Positions 1-12,260 of a stretch of DNA of 64,000 bases are shown here, in pieces (positions within the stretch are counted from its first letter, which is position 1; every line of letters begins with the position of its first letter). The stretch covers positions 2,108,001 to 2,172,000 of the forward strand of contig JAYWIR010000013.1 of NCBI GenBank assembly GCA_036172245.1, given 5' to 3'. The position numbers and the translations under genes are program-made. Below the pieces are notes generated by a model, which was not told where the DNA came from, did no database searches, and saw only the letters and a list, made by a program, of their open reading frames with translations. The DNA comes from Raillietiella orientalis (lineage: Eukaryota).

Positions 1-3000
1 TGTCAGATTTAAAACTGTTGAACAGGTTTTATTGCCTTTATTAAATAACATCAATTATGAGTGCTTCATTATTTTATGTACTAATTTAATGCTGCATTCT
101 AAAGGCTGAGGGTTTCAAAGAGATATTTGAAAAAGTGAGAGATGAGCAAGTGACCAAGGAAGTAAAGGTTTCTCAACTGGTTTCTGGGAGTTTTCAAAAC
201 GCAGGGAAAGATAAAAATGCAATGCACAGTTCGCTCTCATGCAATGCAAATTCATCCTTAAGTGATGACTCAGATTCAGGAAAAACAAACTCCAAGGTAT
301 TGGTCATATGATTAATGATACATTTTCCCCTGACATTCATTTGTGAAGAATGTTCCTGATTCAACATCAGTGACAGAAAAACCTGTGAAAGGTTTTGGTG
401 ACCAGTTCAAAGCAGCAGCAGGTTCATGGTCGTGTCCCAGTTGTTATGTGGTCAATGGTCCAAGTGTGGCTATCTGTGAAGCATGTCAGGAACCAGCACC
501 TGATATCCAGGTGTTTTAAAATACCATATTTTTTGATTAAAATACGTTATTGCGAATGATGTTAAATATGCTAATGAGACTAATTCGTTAATCTGTGTCA
601 CCAGGCTAGCAGAGACCAGCATGGTAACAAAAATTCTGAAGGCAAGAGCGACACTGGGATCTTCAGTTTGCGAGGTGCAACTGGTTTTACTGTTCCAACC
701 ATTTCCAATCAGACAAATTCTGAAGATACTCACAATCAAGGTGATCGTATTTACATGCAAAGTATTTATTGATTTATTTCAAACCTACTGCTTCAGTATT
801 ATGTTTATAAAAATAGGAGTGCTTTTAAAAACGTGTAGATTGTGATTCATAATGCTCAGGTAGTGAATTTGTTTTTTCCTCCGTGAAAAAGCTCAAATCA
901 CTTTAGTTTTTGTATACAAATTTTGTCAGATGCAAACTGTTTTTCCAGAAAAAATTTTGAAAACAAGTTTCCGTTCAAAATTCATTTAAAGTCTAGCCAG
1001 CTTTTTGAAATTTCAATGTTTCACAGTGAGATTTCAAGAGTTTCTTTTTGTTATCGCAGTGAATTTCTCAAGTTGTTCTTTTATGTTCCATACATGCCCT
1101 GTAAAGTTTTGATGTTTTAGCTCCAGTTGTAGAGAAATTTGTGTTTGGTTCCAAGGAAAAATTTCAATTCAGCTTCGATGTTTGTCCAGCTCCAAGTCTG
1201 AAGTCTCAGACTCCTGATCAGAAGGAGGATGTCTTCAATGAAGCTGCTGATGGTGGTGTTCGTTTCCAGGTTGGCTTATGTGCTGTTCACAAAAAATTTT
1301 AGTATAGCTGTATAGCCTGGTCTTCCCATTCCACAAAAATTAGATATTAAAACTGGTGAAGAGGGTGCAAGTGCAGTATTGTCTGGACGTGCTAAATTTT
1401 ATCGCTTTGACATGAATGAGTGGAAAGAAAAAGGTGTTGGAGATATGAAAAATTTGCGCCACAGCACCAATATCTGTCCGACTTCAAGTCTGAAGTCTCC
1501 ATCTCCTGATCAAAAGGAAGATGGCTACAATGAAGCTGCTGATGGTGTTCATTTCCAGGTTGGTTTGCATGCTCTTCACAAAAAATTATAGTATAGTTGT
1601 ATAGCCTGTTGTGCCCCTTCCACAAAAAGTAGATATCAGAACTGGTGAAGAGGATGAAAGTGTAGTATTCTGTGAACGTGCTAGACTTTATCGCTATGAC
1701 AACAAAGAATGGAAAGAAAAAGGTGTTGGAGATGTGAAAATTTTGTGCCACAATACCAACAAGAGGAAAAGGTTAAAGAATTATTGCTGATGGTTCTGTT
1801 CCAATTTCAGTCTTACAGAATAATCATGAGAAGAGACCAGGTGCTCAAAATGTGTCTAAATCACTATTTGACTCCAGATTTAAAATTCGGAAAAAAAGAT
1901 GAAAAATCATGGTTATGGGCTGCAGTAGATTTTTCCTCAGAAGAACTTAGTAATGAAACACTAGTGTTACGATTTAGAACGGCTGAGATGGCCCGTGCTT
2001 TCAAAGAAGCAGTGGACAAGTGTCTTGTGAGTTATTTCTCATCTTCAACACATGCTATTTGAAACTGACTAGGATGAAGATGCACTAGATTCTAATGCAA
2101 CCGTAGATGAAACTACAGTTCTTGACTGCAGTCCTCATTCTAAACATGGTATGTAAGCAAATACCTAGTATTGTTCACATTATCTTCATAGGTGTAAGTT
2201 CTCCTGAAGTCAGAACACCTGGAGCAGAAGAAGGTAGGATAATAGCTTGATTTATAATGAGAAAAAAAAAAAAGGTTTAAAATTCCATTTCTTTAAAACA
2301 TAGAAATTCAGCTTGTTCAAGTCTTGGAGGCCACTGATGCAGAAAAAAGTTTAGCTGCTGAACTTCAGTTACCTGCTAATTTTTTTTTGTATTCTCAAAA
2401 GAAACCTTGCCCTGGATGCAGGGGCTGCCTACATTCTTCTGATGATGAAGAACAAGATGGTGGTTGTACAAATAAAACAGGGAGTAAGTACCAGTATGAT
2501 TTATCTAGCCATGAAGTTATGTACTTCCATCATTTTGTTCAGGTGAACAATCAATTAATGGGGAAATAGAGGAATCCACTCAAGGACAGCATGATGCTGA
2601 AGAGAATGCTCAGGTAAATTTAGAGTGCCATTTGTTTTCAACTAGTTTTGTTTTTTCCAGGATGCAGTTCCTATAAATAAGGGTGCTAGCTGTAAGTCAT
2701 CATTCCTCTTTGGCACATCAGAGTGTCAGCCTTTATTTGCTGCTGTGGTGCACAACCAAACAGGTAGCATTTTTGGAGGAAGTTTTGGTAAGTTAGCAAA
2801 CGTTCCACGAGTGTTTTATGCCATTAAAACGTCATATAGTCATATAGGGCAAAAAGAGTAATATCATAATTGTATGTGTGTTTTTTTTTTTTTTGCAGGG
2901 AAGCCTGCTCTACTCAAAGTAAACACTGACTTATTTCCATCAGACCAGCAAGAAAACTGTGTAAGACATGCAGATGCTAATGTTTTTGATGCATCGAAAT

Positions 3001-4498
3001 GTGATTTTTCTTTTAAAACAGAAGATCAAAACAGTATGTTTGTGCAAAAATGTTACATGTTAAGCTTTCCTCTAGTTTTTGAATATTCTGCTTCAATATA
3101 TGTGAGAGAGTCTGCAACAGCATGTTGGAAGATCAAACACAAGGGGACAGTTTCTGTTAACAAGACCATATTGGCGTACTATTTAGTGCTTAGAAACGAG
3201 GTGATTTGGTCAATTGTTCGTTCAAAAGCTTGTATTTAGATAGGAGCACTAGAAGACAAGTTCGAGTTCTGTGGGCTTGAAACCTTGAATGTGCTGGAAG
3301 ATCTGGAAAACGGTTGGATTTGGTCAAATAATGCTGATGAAAGTCACTCGGAGTTTGCAATAGTGTTTGAGGTATGCACAAAGATCTAATGAGTGCTTGT
3401 CCTGTTATTGTTTGCCATAATGATTGCGTAGGCATCTCCTTGTGCGTGCTCTCCAAGCCCAGTTACTGATGTACACTTGCTTATGCTGGGTACATATGGC
3501 ATTATGAATATATCTAGATTGAGAATGTAAAACTTGCGATAAATGGGTCGAATAGTCTGTTGCCATTCTTGATATGTTATAACTGATCCAATTCCAGCTA
3601 AGAGGCTGTAGATGGGAATCATTGCTAAAACTGTATATTTTGCACAATTTGTTGTTGTCATTAGGACTCACCATTTGTTACAGAATTCTCTTTTTGGGAA
3701 ATTAAGAAATTTAGTACAAAAGCTAGAATGAGAACAATAAGACTGATAGATGCCAAAAAAATGAAAACATGGTATAATTCTAAAGGTTCAATCATAGGGA
3801 GCTTCCATCTGTTAATTGATCTTAATCCTTGATATTGCAAATCAGTGAAGCATTAGTTATGTTGCTTACCTCTGGTAACAATCTTATAGTAATGCTGGCA
3901 TATTTCACATTGTGGTCGAGCTGACTGAGAAATCCACTTTGTTAAGCATTGCTGCGAACATTAGATGCATTGTAAAAAAGTACCATACCACATGACAAAA
4001 TTGCAAGCTTCCTGTACATCTACATGGGCAAATAAGCTTGCTAGATTGTTCCTCAGTTTCATGGCAAATTCGGCATATCAATTTGTCCTCTTCCTGTAAT
4101 TCGAGCAGGCAGGACTGTGTCATCATTGGGAACACTGTCAGTTATTTACACTTTAGTTTACATATTGTCCATATTGATTGAACTTGTCTGTGCACACAAT
4201 AGAATTTTTCGTGTACCAGTAAACCAATAATATTACATTGTTGAACAGTTTTATGGAGAATTTTAATTGCAACAATGCTTTTCAGTCAGCTGATATTGCA
4301 AATGCTTTCCTGCAAGCATTTCAAAAGTGTAAAACAGATTGCCTCCAAATAAATCCGTCGTGGCAAGCAGCCAGCAGTTCCAGTAATGAAGAATGGCAAA
4401 CGGAATTTGATTCAGGTGAAGATACACAACTTGTGAAAAGCCACCTGCCGGTCTTTTGTAGATTGAGCTTCTGTATGCATCATGCAGATGAAAGATAA
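1..4498 (+). CDS. RANBP2: RanBP2/Nup358 nucleoporin, 3' part (gene begins upstream of the window)
   Basis: Hand-spliced, frame-consistent GT-AG exons: <1-25, 105-296, 349-510, 605-740, 1101-1269, 1316-1558, 1605-1771, 1819-2026, 2073-2148, 2192-2233, 2304-2483, 2543-2613, 2661-2787, 2899-3033, 3076-3200, 3240-3371, 4286-4498. They encode a RanBD end (VRFKTVEQ|AEGFKEIFEK), a RanBP2 zinc finger (GSWSCPSCYVVNGPSVAICEAC), a full RanBD (TGEEDE..RARLYRYD..EWKEKGVGDVKIL..RIIMRRDQVLKMCLNH..SWLW..LRFRTAEMARAFK), the invertebrate LPANFFLY..CPGCRGC motif and a divergent terminal RanBD. The exact 3' end is less certain because a further small intron near 4473 is possible. Confidence 0.88.
1182..1760 (+). 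repeat. Intragenic tandem duplication of about 290 bp (2 diverged copies, each containing the same 46-nt intron)
   Basis: 1182-1471 aligns with 1474-1760, e.g. CAAGTCTGAAGTCTC, AATGAAGCTGCTGATGGTG, TTTCCAG|GTTGG..TATAG|CCTG and GGAAAGAAAAAGGTGTTGGAGAT. Confidence 0.9.
3386..4126 (-). CDS. Membrane-associated RING-CH (MARCH-family) E3 ubiquitin ligase
   Basis: Exons 4126-3989, 3951-3870, 3827-3672, 3630-3386 (introns 37, 42, 41 nt, all GT-AG). C4HC3 RING-CH motif CRICHE..LICPCRCTGSLQFCHV|QCLTKWI..CEIC, followed by two hydrophobic helices (VFIFLASISLIVLILAFVLNFL; VLAMIPIYSLLAGIGSVITY). Confidence 0.88.
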
Positions 4499-4700
4499 TC
4501 CAGGAATAATCAGCAATGTTTAACCATATACCGAGAAATGAACGAATACGGAAGTTAAAATCAGTGAATGCAGCCACACTCCACTACATGTGTAGAAAAA
4601 ATCCGACTAATTGATGTATGCGAAAGAGACCTTGGGCATTTTCCCGAAAATTGGTTAAACTTTTAGACAAAAATCCTTTGTTAACAAGACTTTAAACTGT

Positions 4701-5714
4701 TTATTTAATGTATTTTTCCATGAACTTCTTGTGGAATTCACTCCGCAAGGCATCATTGATGAACCGCTTTTGTGTGCTGTCAGGCTCACCTCTTGCACAG
4801 TTTTTAAAAACCACATCATCATCCCATCGCCGTTTGATCTACGATGCACTAAGCTTAGCCACACAAGACAAATACTCACTTTGAATTCTGACTTAGAAGT
4901 GCCATATTTTTCTGATAACAGGGGATTGCCACTGAGAATGTTTTCCATTCTGATTTTTTCTTCCTCCTGCTTTCTTTCTGCATCCTAATAAAACACAGTG
5001 TCCAGACACTTTGAAATTCAAAACCCACTTTTCGTGCTTCCTCTGCAGCTCTTTCTTGTTTTATCCTCTGTAGTTCTGCCAACAATTCAGCTGTATCGTC
5101 CTCAGAGTTGCTTTCACTGTCTTCATCATCATCAATTGGATCATCAGCATCCAGATTACTTGATGCAACCTGAGCAATCCTTGATTTCTTGCTACCACTA
5201 GCATTAAAATTAATGAGTGCTTACATGTTGCCTCATCAACACTCATTTATGTCATTGCATACCCTTTTTCTTTTAAATGAGATGATTCAATTGAACGATT
5301 ATCTCGACTCTCCCTGGTTCTGTTTAACTGCTCCTTCTGTTTCTCGCTGCGAGCAATTTTTTCATTATCTTCCAATTCTTTTTTAAAGTCCTTGCCTTTC
5401 AACTCTTCTACTGTACCCTGTCCTGTTTCTCTGGAGGGGAAAAGGAAACCACAATGTCACAATCTGACCACAATCATTCACATATGCAACAATAATTCTT
5501 CATTTCCAAAGCCAGTAAGTTAAAACTCTGTGCATTTTCAAGGAAAAAAAAAAATTTGACTCAAGAACAGGACTCATTTTTACCTGTGTTTCAATTTTGT
5601 GTGAGAAGGGAGGTCTCTACTTGAGTACTGTTTTGACATTGCACTCAAATCCTTCTCTCCCCTGCCAGTACCTCCCCTGGCTGGTTCCCATGTAGGCCTT
5701 GCAGCAGTAGTCAT
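4701..5714 (-). CDS. CWC15: Spliceosome-associated protein CWC15
   Basis: Exons 5714-5584, 5430-5263, 5197-5029, 4984-4880, 4838-4701. Hallmark motifs [69 protein letters not shown] and [20 protein letters not shown]. Confidence 0.96.
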
Positions 5715-8700
5715 GTTGATGAATGCTTTGGCACTAAAACATTTGTCTCTGTTACAACCTATAATGTAATTTCCAAGTTCACCACTGTAAAGCAATTTTG
5801 CTTTTTTATTGCTGAGAAAGTCAAATAACTCCAAACATCCCTCAACAATCGATCTTTGAAAATGCACTTGGATCCCAAGGCATCCAGAAGGAAGACTCAA
5901 TCTAGTCCCAAAATACCTTTTTAAAGCCCCAATGTACAAACTGCCCATAGAAATTTCCTTTGCTGTGAACTCTGCACTGCTCCAAAATCACACGTTTATT
6001 GCAATGTTATTAATCACTTTTGGGATGCGAAATCCAAAATATTCACACAGAGATGGAATGCCATGTAACAAGCAGTAATGGTAATAGGATCAGAATGAGT
6101 AAACATCTGAATTAAAAACCAATGCATCAAGTTAAAAGTTAAATTACAGGGGAGAATTCTCATGGGCAAGCAACGAATCGTTCATGAGCTCACTAAACTA
6201 CATCTCTATAGCCTCTTTACGCTAGCCATGCAAATTTGAGAGTGCAACTGCAGTGCTAAACTTCAGGAAATCTATGGTGCTGATACATGCAGTTTTTAAA
6301 CCTTGCCTTTAAGTTGATTACATTTTGCATCTTAGATCCTTATAAATTAACATGTTCATATTATTTAGGAGGAACTGAAACTTTCACATTATTTGATTTC
6401 GGTGTTAAACCGTTTTGCAAAACAAACATAAAATGATGCAGTTTTGTTCATCGTGGCACAGTTTACCAGGGGAATGATGCATACTTTGACCCATCCAAAA
6501 CATCAGCATATTATTTATACTTGACATATTACCTGCAACAAGACTGGTGAACACTACTCTTTATAATCTGCGCGAAACAGCTGGCATTTCTAACCCCGTT
6601 TCAAAGTAACACGATCATTGACCAAAAACCGATCTGAGCATTAAAACACTTAAAACATGCGAAGGGATGCCAGATTATAATTATGCCTATGTACGAACAA
6701 ATGTCTTTTTTTGGAGATATGTTTTTACAACTCTACAAATGATGATCACTTCGCTATTTGTCATTCTGAGATCAAAAATTTCCTTTATGTCACAAGAATT
6801 ACCTTAGCAGTAACTTGATTTGCACCTCAAGAGCATCTACTAGAGTGTAGATGCTTTTAATATAAAATTAATAAAATATACTTTAAAATGGAGTATTTGG
6901 ATAAATGACATTTTATTGGGGTTTCCAAATATACTCATTCCTTTATGTATGAGATGTATGAATGAGGTGATGCATTCATGAATCTTTCAAATGAAAAATG
7001 GTTTATTCATATGGATTTAAGGAATTTTACTTTCAAAGAAGGGTACTTTCGATTATGATTAATTTGGAAATCAGTTGATTGGCAGAACATCCAGCATATG
7101 AGCCCATATTGAAGAAACTATTTTCCATAAGCATTTCAAAGTAGTAATTTTTATCAAGCATTAAATACTATATGAAAAATAAAAACAAAAAGAAAATTGT
7201 CACTAAAAAGGATCGTGAAGAACTAAAATGATAACTTTTGCATTCATAAACTGAATTCTAACTCCTTCTGTCATGTCAATCTGTACGTAGTTCATGCTCG
7301 ACACATGGAAGCATGGAGAGTTTTATAAGCAGCAAGCCATATATGTTTGTTTAGTGAAATTATGGAATTATGCATTTTATCCCTCAATCAAAGTGTAAAA
7401 CAAAATTAATCAATCAAGATATAATAGAACCAGAAGATCATGAAAATTAAGAATGCATATTTTTGATATGGCCAAGTCTTATCGAGGAAGAGATTAAATC
7501 GAGTTTTATTTTTAGGTATTACCGACAGATTGAGAAACAGATGATAGCAGAAATGTGGACGATATTAAAGAATCCTCGTTCATGATGTGGGTGGCGAATA
7601 CTTAAGGGGGAACATTGTGCACCAAAATCCAAAATATCTCCAGAATGGATTATCCAATACACCAAAGAAACCAGTTAATCAGCGAATTCCAAAATCATCA
7701 ATAAAAGGGGTGATATTAACAGTCTGCAATGCTCATTGATGAGACTTACCGGTTACATTAGAAACGCGATCAAGTAATTAGTTTCGTGTATAGTTTCAAG
7801 TACAGCGAATGAACTTGAATTTAAATTGAACAAGTATCGACGCAGATGAAACGTCGTTTCTACAAAGTTTCTTTCAAATCAAGAAGGAAAAGAAGGAATA
7901 GAAGAGAACTGAGAAAACATTTCTTGCTCAAATCATGGAACACATTTACGAACACTAGAAGCTTTTCTCCTAAGGGACAAATCCTCATAGAGGGAAAAGT
8001 TTTGCTGATAAATGGAAAGCTGCTCCATCTACACTCATATCTAAGACAGTAAATAAAACGTCTTATATACAAACCTGATAAGCTGTTTTATCTCATAAAT
8101 GAAACGAAAATTGGGTGAGATCCAAAATAATGAAAAGTGGCACAAAATATCAAAAGGAAAAAAACTGCAGCGAATCTCGGAATGGAAACAAAAGCAACTG
8201 AAATTCATGAGTCTGAGGCTCCTTTTGTCTGTGATACTCGAGATCGTCAGCGGCGTGAAGACACCCGATTTTTTTTTTAAACAAAAAAGTGCTGCATCCA
8301 TCAGTTGCAAGCGCTAACAGTTTTTAATGCATGTCTTCTTACAGCTGAGTACCTGGGCCTGGCCAGCACTGGGAAAGTCGATGTAGCATAAAATGAAACG
8401 TAACTTGCAAATTCTTGTTGAAAAATTGTTCCACATTAAGAAAAAATCCTGCCGACATGTGAGTAAACAAATGCATCGGCTTGTCACTTCACTACTGTAA
8501 ATGAGCCTATTGCAGTGCATTTTGTTCTGAGTGCCAAAATCTTTTACTCTGAGAATGCTGTGAGGTGGGTCAGCATCCCCTAGTGTTGCAATCAGACTCC
8601 CTCCAGAATCGGACCTGAGAACTTCGTAAATTGGAATCCTGCTATTTTGCACTCCCTGGAGTAGTAGCTCACAAGTGTGTATATGTATACTTGCCATAAT

Positions 8701-9504
8701 ACGAAGATCACGAGAGAAAAGCATACACGATTGTTCCATGCTGTAGGGCTTTTTTTTGTTGCGCTTTTTACTCACCATGGAACTCTTGGACATGAAACAT
8801 GACCGGTTTGAAAATAAAATGGGAAACAAAAAAAGTGGACGAGAAACTAATTCATGACATATACAGATGATAAGTCGACAAAGATTTTATAAAAGAATGT
8901 CATCCTGAATTGGAGTGTTGTCTGTCTCAAAACATGAGAGCAAACTGACCTCAATTGAGCAACCGAGGGTCATGCACATAAATATACTCCTTTTCTCTTA
9001 AAATGTAAAATCTATGCATTAAATGAAACAAATTTTTTGGTACGCTACTTTTTATTTCGGGGCTGAGAATACCTGGACTGCACACTGAAATGGACAATAA
9101 TTGGATGTAAAAAATCATGCAAACTTGATATTGATCTATTGAAAACTATTGTTTTGATGGTTTTACTATCAAAAGCACACATCTTGTATATCGAATTCAT
9201 ATTATTAACTAAATCCACAATAACTGTTTATCAAATCAAATGTTCAAGAATTCTAATTAAAGTTTTTTGAACAACCAACATGGAACACAAAGCATTTTCA
9301 AAAAACACCATTCAGAGGTAAATGGAGTTACCTCTACCTTCAATCCTTAAATTGGATATTTCACTGATAATTATTCATATGTTTTAGGAAAGGTACTAAA
9401 AGTAGTTTTATTTCTGAAAGATTTATCAGCACCACAGGAAATTGGGAACAAAGTAAGCTTTAAACCTTAATTTCCAAGTTTCCAGATGTAAAGTATTTAG
9501 TGCA

Positions 9505-10273
9505 TTAGATATAATTGATATCCGGATTTATTATTTCTGTGAGACTATAGCAAGAACAAGATCTTTGAATTACATCCACAGCAGAATCTCCAGATTTATT
9601 TTGAATGCTATGATCAAATAATGGATGAAAAAAAAACATTTCTACAATCTTTTTTGTGGCTGGTCCATTTACTATCATATGTAATGGTGTATTTCCTAGA
9701 ACTATACTAAGAGCATATATTTCAGGCAAACGTACCTCCAACAGATACAGCATTCACATCAGCACCAGCAAGTAGGAGCAAGTTTACACACCTTTCATTT
9801 AACCACTTGCAAGCAGAATGCAATGGCTGCCAACCATCCACTGTCTTAATGCTTACATCAGCATTCTTTTCCAAGAGAAACTAATGATACAATGCATATG
9901 GATACTAAGCTCAATAATAGCAAATACCTCAACAACATCTGGATGATCATTATAACATGCTCTGTGCAAAGCAGAATACCCATCATTATCTTGAGAATTT
10001 AAAAGATCCGCATTTTGCTCTAGAAAATTTTTGACTAGATCAAGCTCTCCTTTTTCTGCAGCCATTAAGAATTGGGAAATCTGACCTACTTGATGAAAAA
10101 TGTTCAAGAAAAAATTCCAGACTGAACGGGTGTTCTTTTGATTATGGCAATTGATATTCAAATATAAATAGAAAATCAAATCGTGAACTGCTTAAATCTA
10201 TGACTTGCATGATGCAACACGTGCCTTCTCCAATTTCGTCTCTATAGTTTATGGATGCGTCGTCATCAGACAT
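9505..10273 (-). CDS. Ankyrin-repeat protein, ANKRD49-like
   Basis: Exons 10273-10225 (tentative, GC donor), 10085-9928, 9880-9736, 9695-9505. Ankyrin repeats LMAAEKGELDLVK, DNDGYSALHRACYNDHPDVVE|FLL, TVDGWQPLHSACKW, GADVNA..GNTPLH and NKSGDSAVDV match the ANKRD49 pattern. Confidence 0.8.
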
Positions 10274-11779
10274 CTTTCAACAACTCCACGTACGCAGCAC
10301 TTATACAATCTGCACAAATATTACTGCATATCTCATTGGGCGCTGAATGCTACTAACACAAGGACAAATTATTCTATCTTAGTAGCCGCAATTCGGTGAG
10401 CATTGTAAAAAATGCATTGAAGTAAAAATAAGCAAAAAATTACTGCACGTGAACCATATATTGTGTGTTAAATCCACAAATCATACGTAGTAAATTATGC
10501 AAGTAACTAATACAAATCCTGATTACACTCAAGAACATTCTGATTCTGCGATAATTTTTCATTTTCTTTCCCTCACCCTCAGCAAAAAACTACATATATA
10601 TTCAATCGATGGCACGCTTATGCATGTAAACACACGTAAAGTTTGGTGTGAGAAATAAGTTCTCTTTCACAATCATTCAACAAATCACCTGCACTTCGCC
10701 TGCCCCCACGTGCGTTCTCCAGATACCTGGACAGAATGAATCTGAGAGCATAGGTACCAACACACCTGAAGTTTAGTGACTATGATGTCTAGAGAGATAA
10801 AAACCTAACTCAATAAACCGAGTTGGTAAAGCTAAGTTGGTAAGGCAGAAACTTCATTCAAACTTCGACGCCTACGAACTTCTAAACTCCTTTCCTAATT
10901 CTAGCTTGCAAATTCTCTATTGACTTGTCTTAGTTAAGTTGTTGAAAGCATTTTCTGGATTAGTCTACAAATATAACTAGCCTTGCCATTATATTGAAAG
11001 TTCTTTAATTCAACCATTTTGTTACCATGGAATATAACTGCCTAATGTATCGCTGTTTGGTGATTTTTCACAAAAAGTGATCAGTTGACACATATCGATA
11101 CTAATCATTTCCTTATTTATATCATTAGGATCAAGAGATGTTTCAGGGTCCTTTCTTATCAGTTTGTAATTTTCTCGAATAATACCATTCTAAGATGTGT
11201 ATGTTTGGTATGGTATTCTCTAAATTATAAACGATCTTTGAAGACATCTGTACAGGTTTCGACTAACCATGTGTATTGTTTATGAAGCATGTGATTTTAG
11301 AGGGTTTTATTTGCTTATGTTATCGAAAAACCACGTTTAAAAATTTTATGCAATCTCCACTGAACGCTGAAAACGATGATTCACATTTGTTGGTTAATTT
11401 CATGCTCATTCTGTAGTAAGATTAAAACAGCAAATAAACATCTCATTTGTTAATGCTAATATTTGCTATATTCCATTAAGAATCAAATAGTTTTGGTTTA
11501 TAATTCACCGAATTATTGAACCACCATTGAAATCACAGCCCATGATTCTTTTCCACTGTAAACTGCAGAGCTGACCTCAACAACAACAAAAACAGTTTTT
11601 TGCAAATACAATATTGGGGAAAGTATGATCATCACCCAAAGACCTTCATGGCAAATGGGTTTCCAAGTCACTGGCCTTTTCTTTTTAAAACATAACGTCC
11701 TTAAAATAGAATGGTTCTCCATCATTCGCGTGGGAGATATAGTTTTTTTTTTTTGCTAGCTTATTTGATTCATGAGAAG

Positions 11780-12260
11780 ATGCTTTCAAATGTAGCAAAG
11801 ACATCGACCTTGTTACATTCTGTGTCTCCTCACGATTTCAATTGCTTACAAAGGCATCAGCTTTATCATTCCGGTTCAGAGTAGTAATTTGATGGCCACC
11901 TTTTAATGTGATCCATTCAGATTCATTTTTCCAGGATGCCCTCGAAACTGTATGTTTCTGTATGATGATGCTCACTAAAAAACAAAGTTTGCATCATCAT
12001 TACCATTATTTTCACTCAGCAAAATGACCAATGCTTTCCACGATTCAAAGACCTTGTGAAGCATTCTAGCAAGAGCAATCTTGTAACAGAAGTAATTCAA
12101 AACAACATAGAGACCCTGTTTGTTTAGACCACTTCAAAGAACCTAATTGACTCAATTTCAGCATGTCTCTTCAATTTATTCGGCTTTACGTTGTCTGCAA
12201 AGCAAACAATGTGATGTTTTCATCACAAAAAAAAACTTCCAGTCCAGGACAGTGTTTTAG
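11780..12260 (-). mobile_element. Decayed, internally deleted hAT (Buster/ZBED5/SCAND3-like) transposase relic
   Basis: Minus-strand fragments NVKPNKLKRHAE (cf. MKPSKLKRHLET) and frameshifted ILEK..NLN..ITTLNRNDKADAF../KQLKS*GDTECNKVDVFATF (cf. IFEKLNELN.SLQG..TI....DKIKAF..KL.LW....GNLDMFPTL). Many stops, no TIRs found. Confidence 0.4.

Noticed and set aside
4263..4577. 104-aa minus-strand ORF between CWC15 and MARCH
   Set aside because: It has a GTG start and no recognisable motif, and it is the antisense shadow of the last RanBP2 exon.
5715..5948. 78-codon in-frame N-terminal extension of CWC15
   Set aside because: CWC15 proteins begin at MTTAARPT, an acceptor-like TTTTAG lies 19 nt upstream of that ATG, and the extension has no recognisable similarity.
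6900..8830. Short ORFs, including the 171-aa 8314-8829 (-), with some splice-like signals
   Set aside because: I could not build a consistent gene model or recognise a domain. A lineage-specific gene cannot be excluded.
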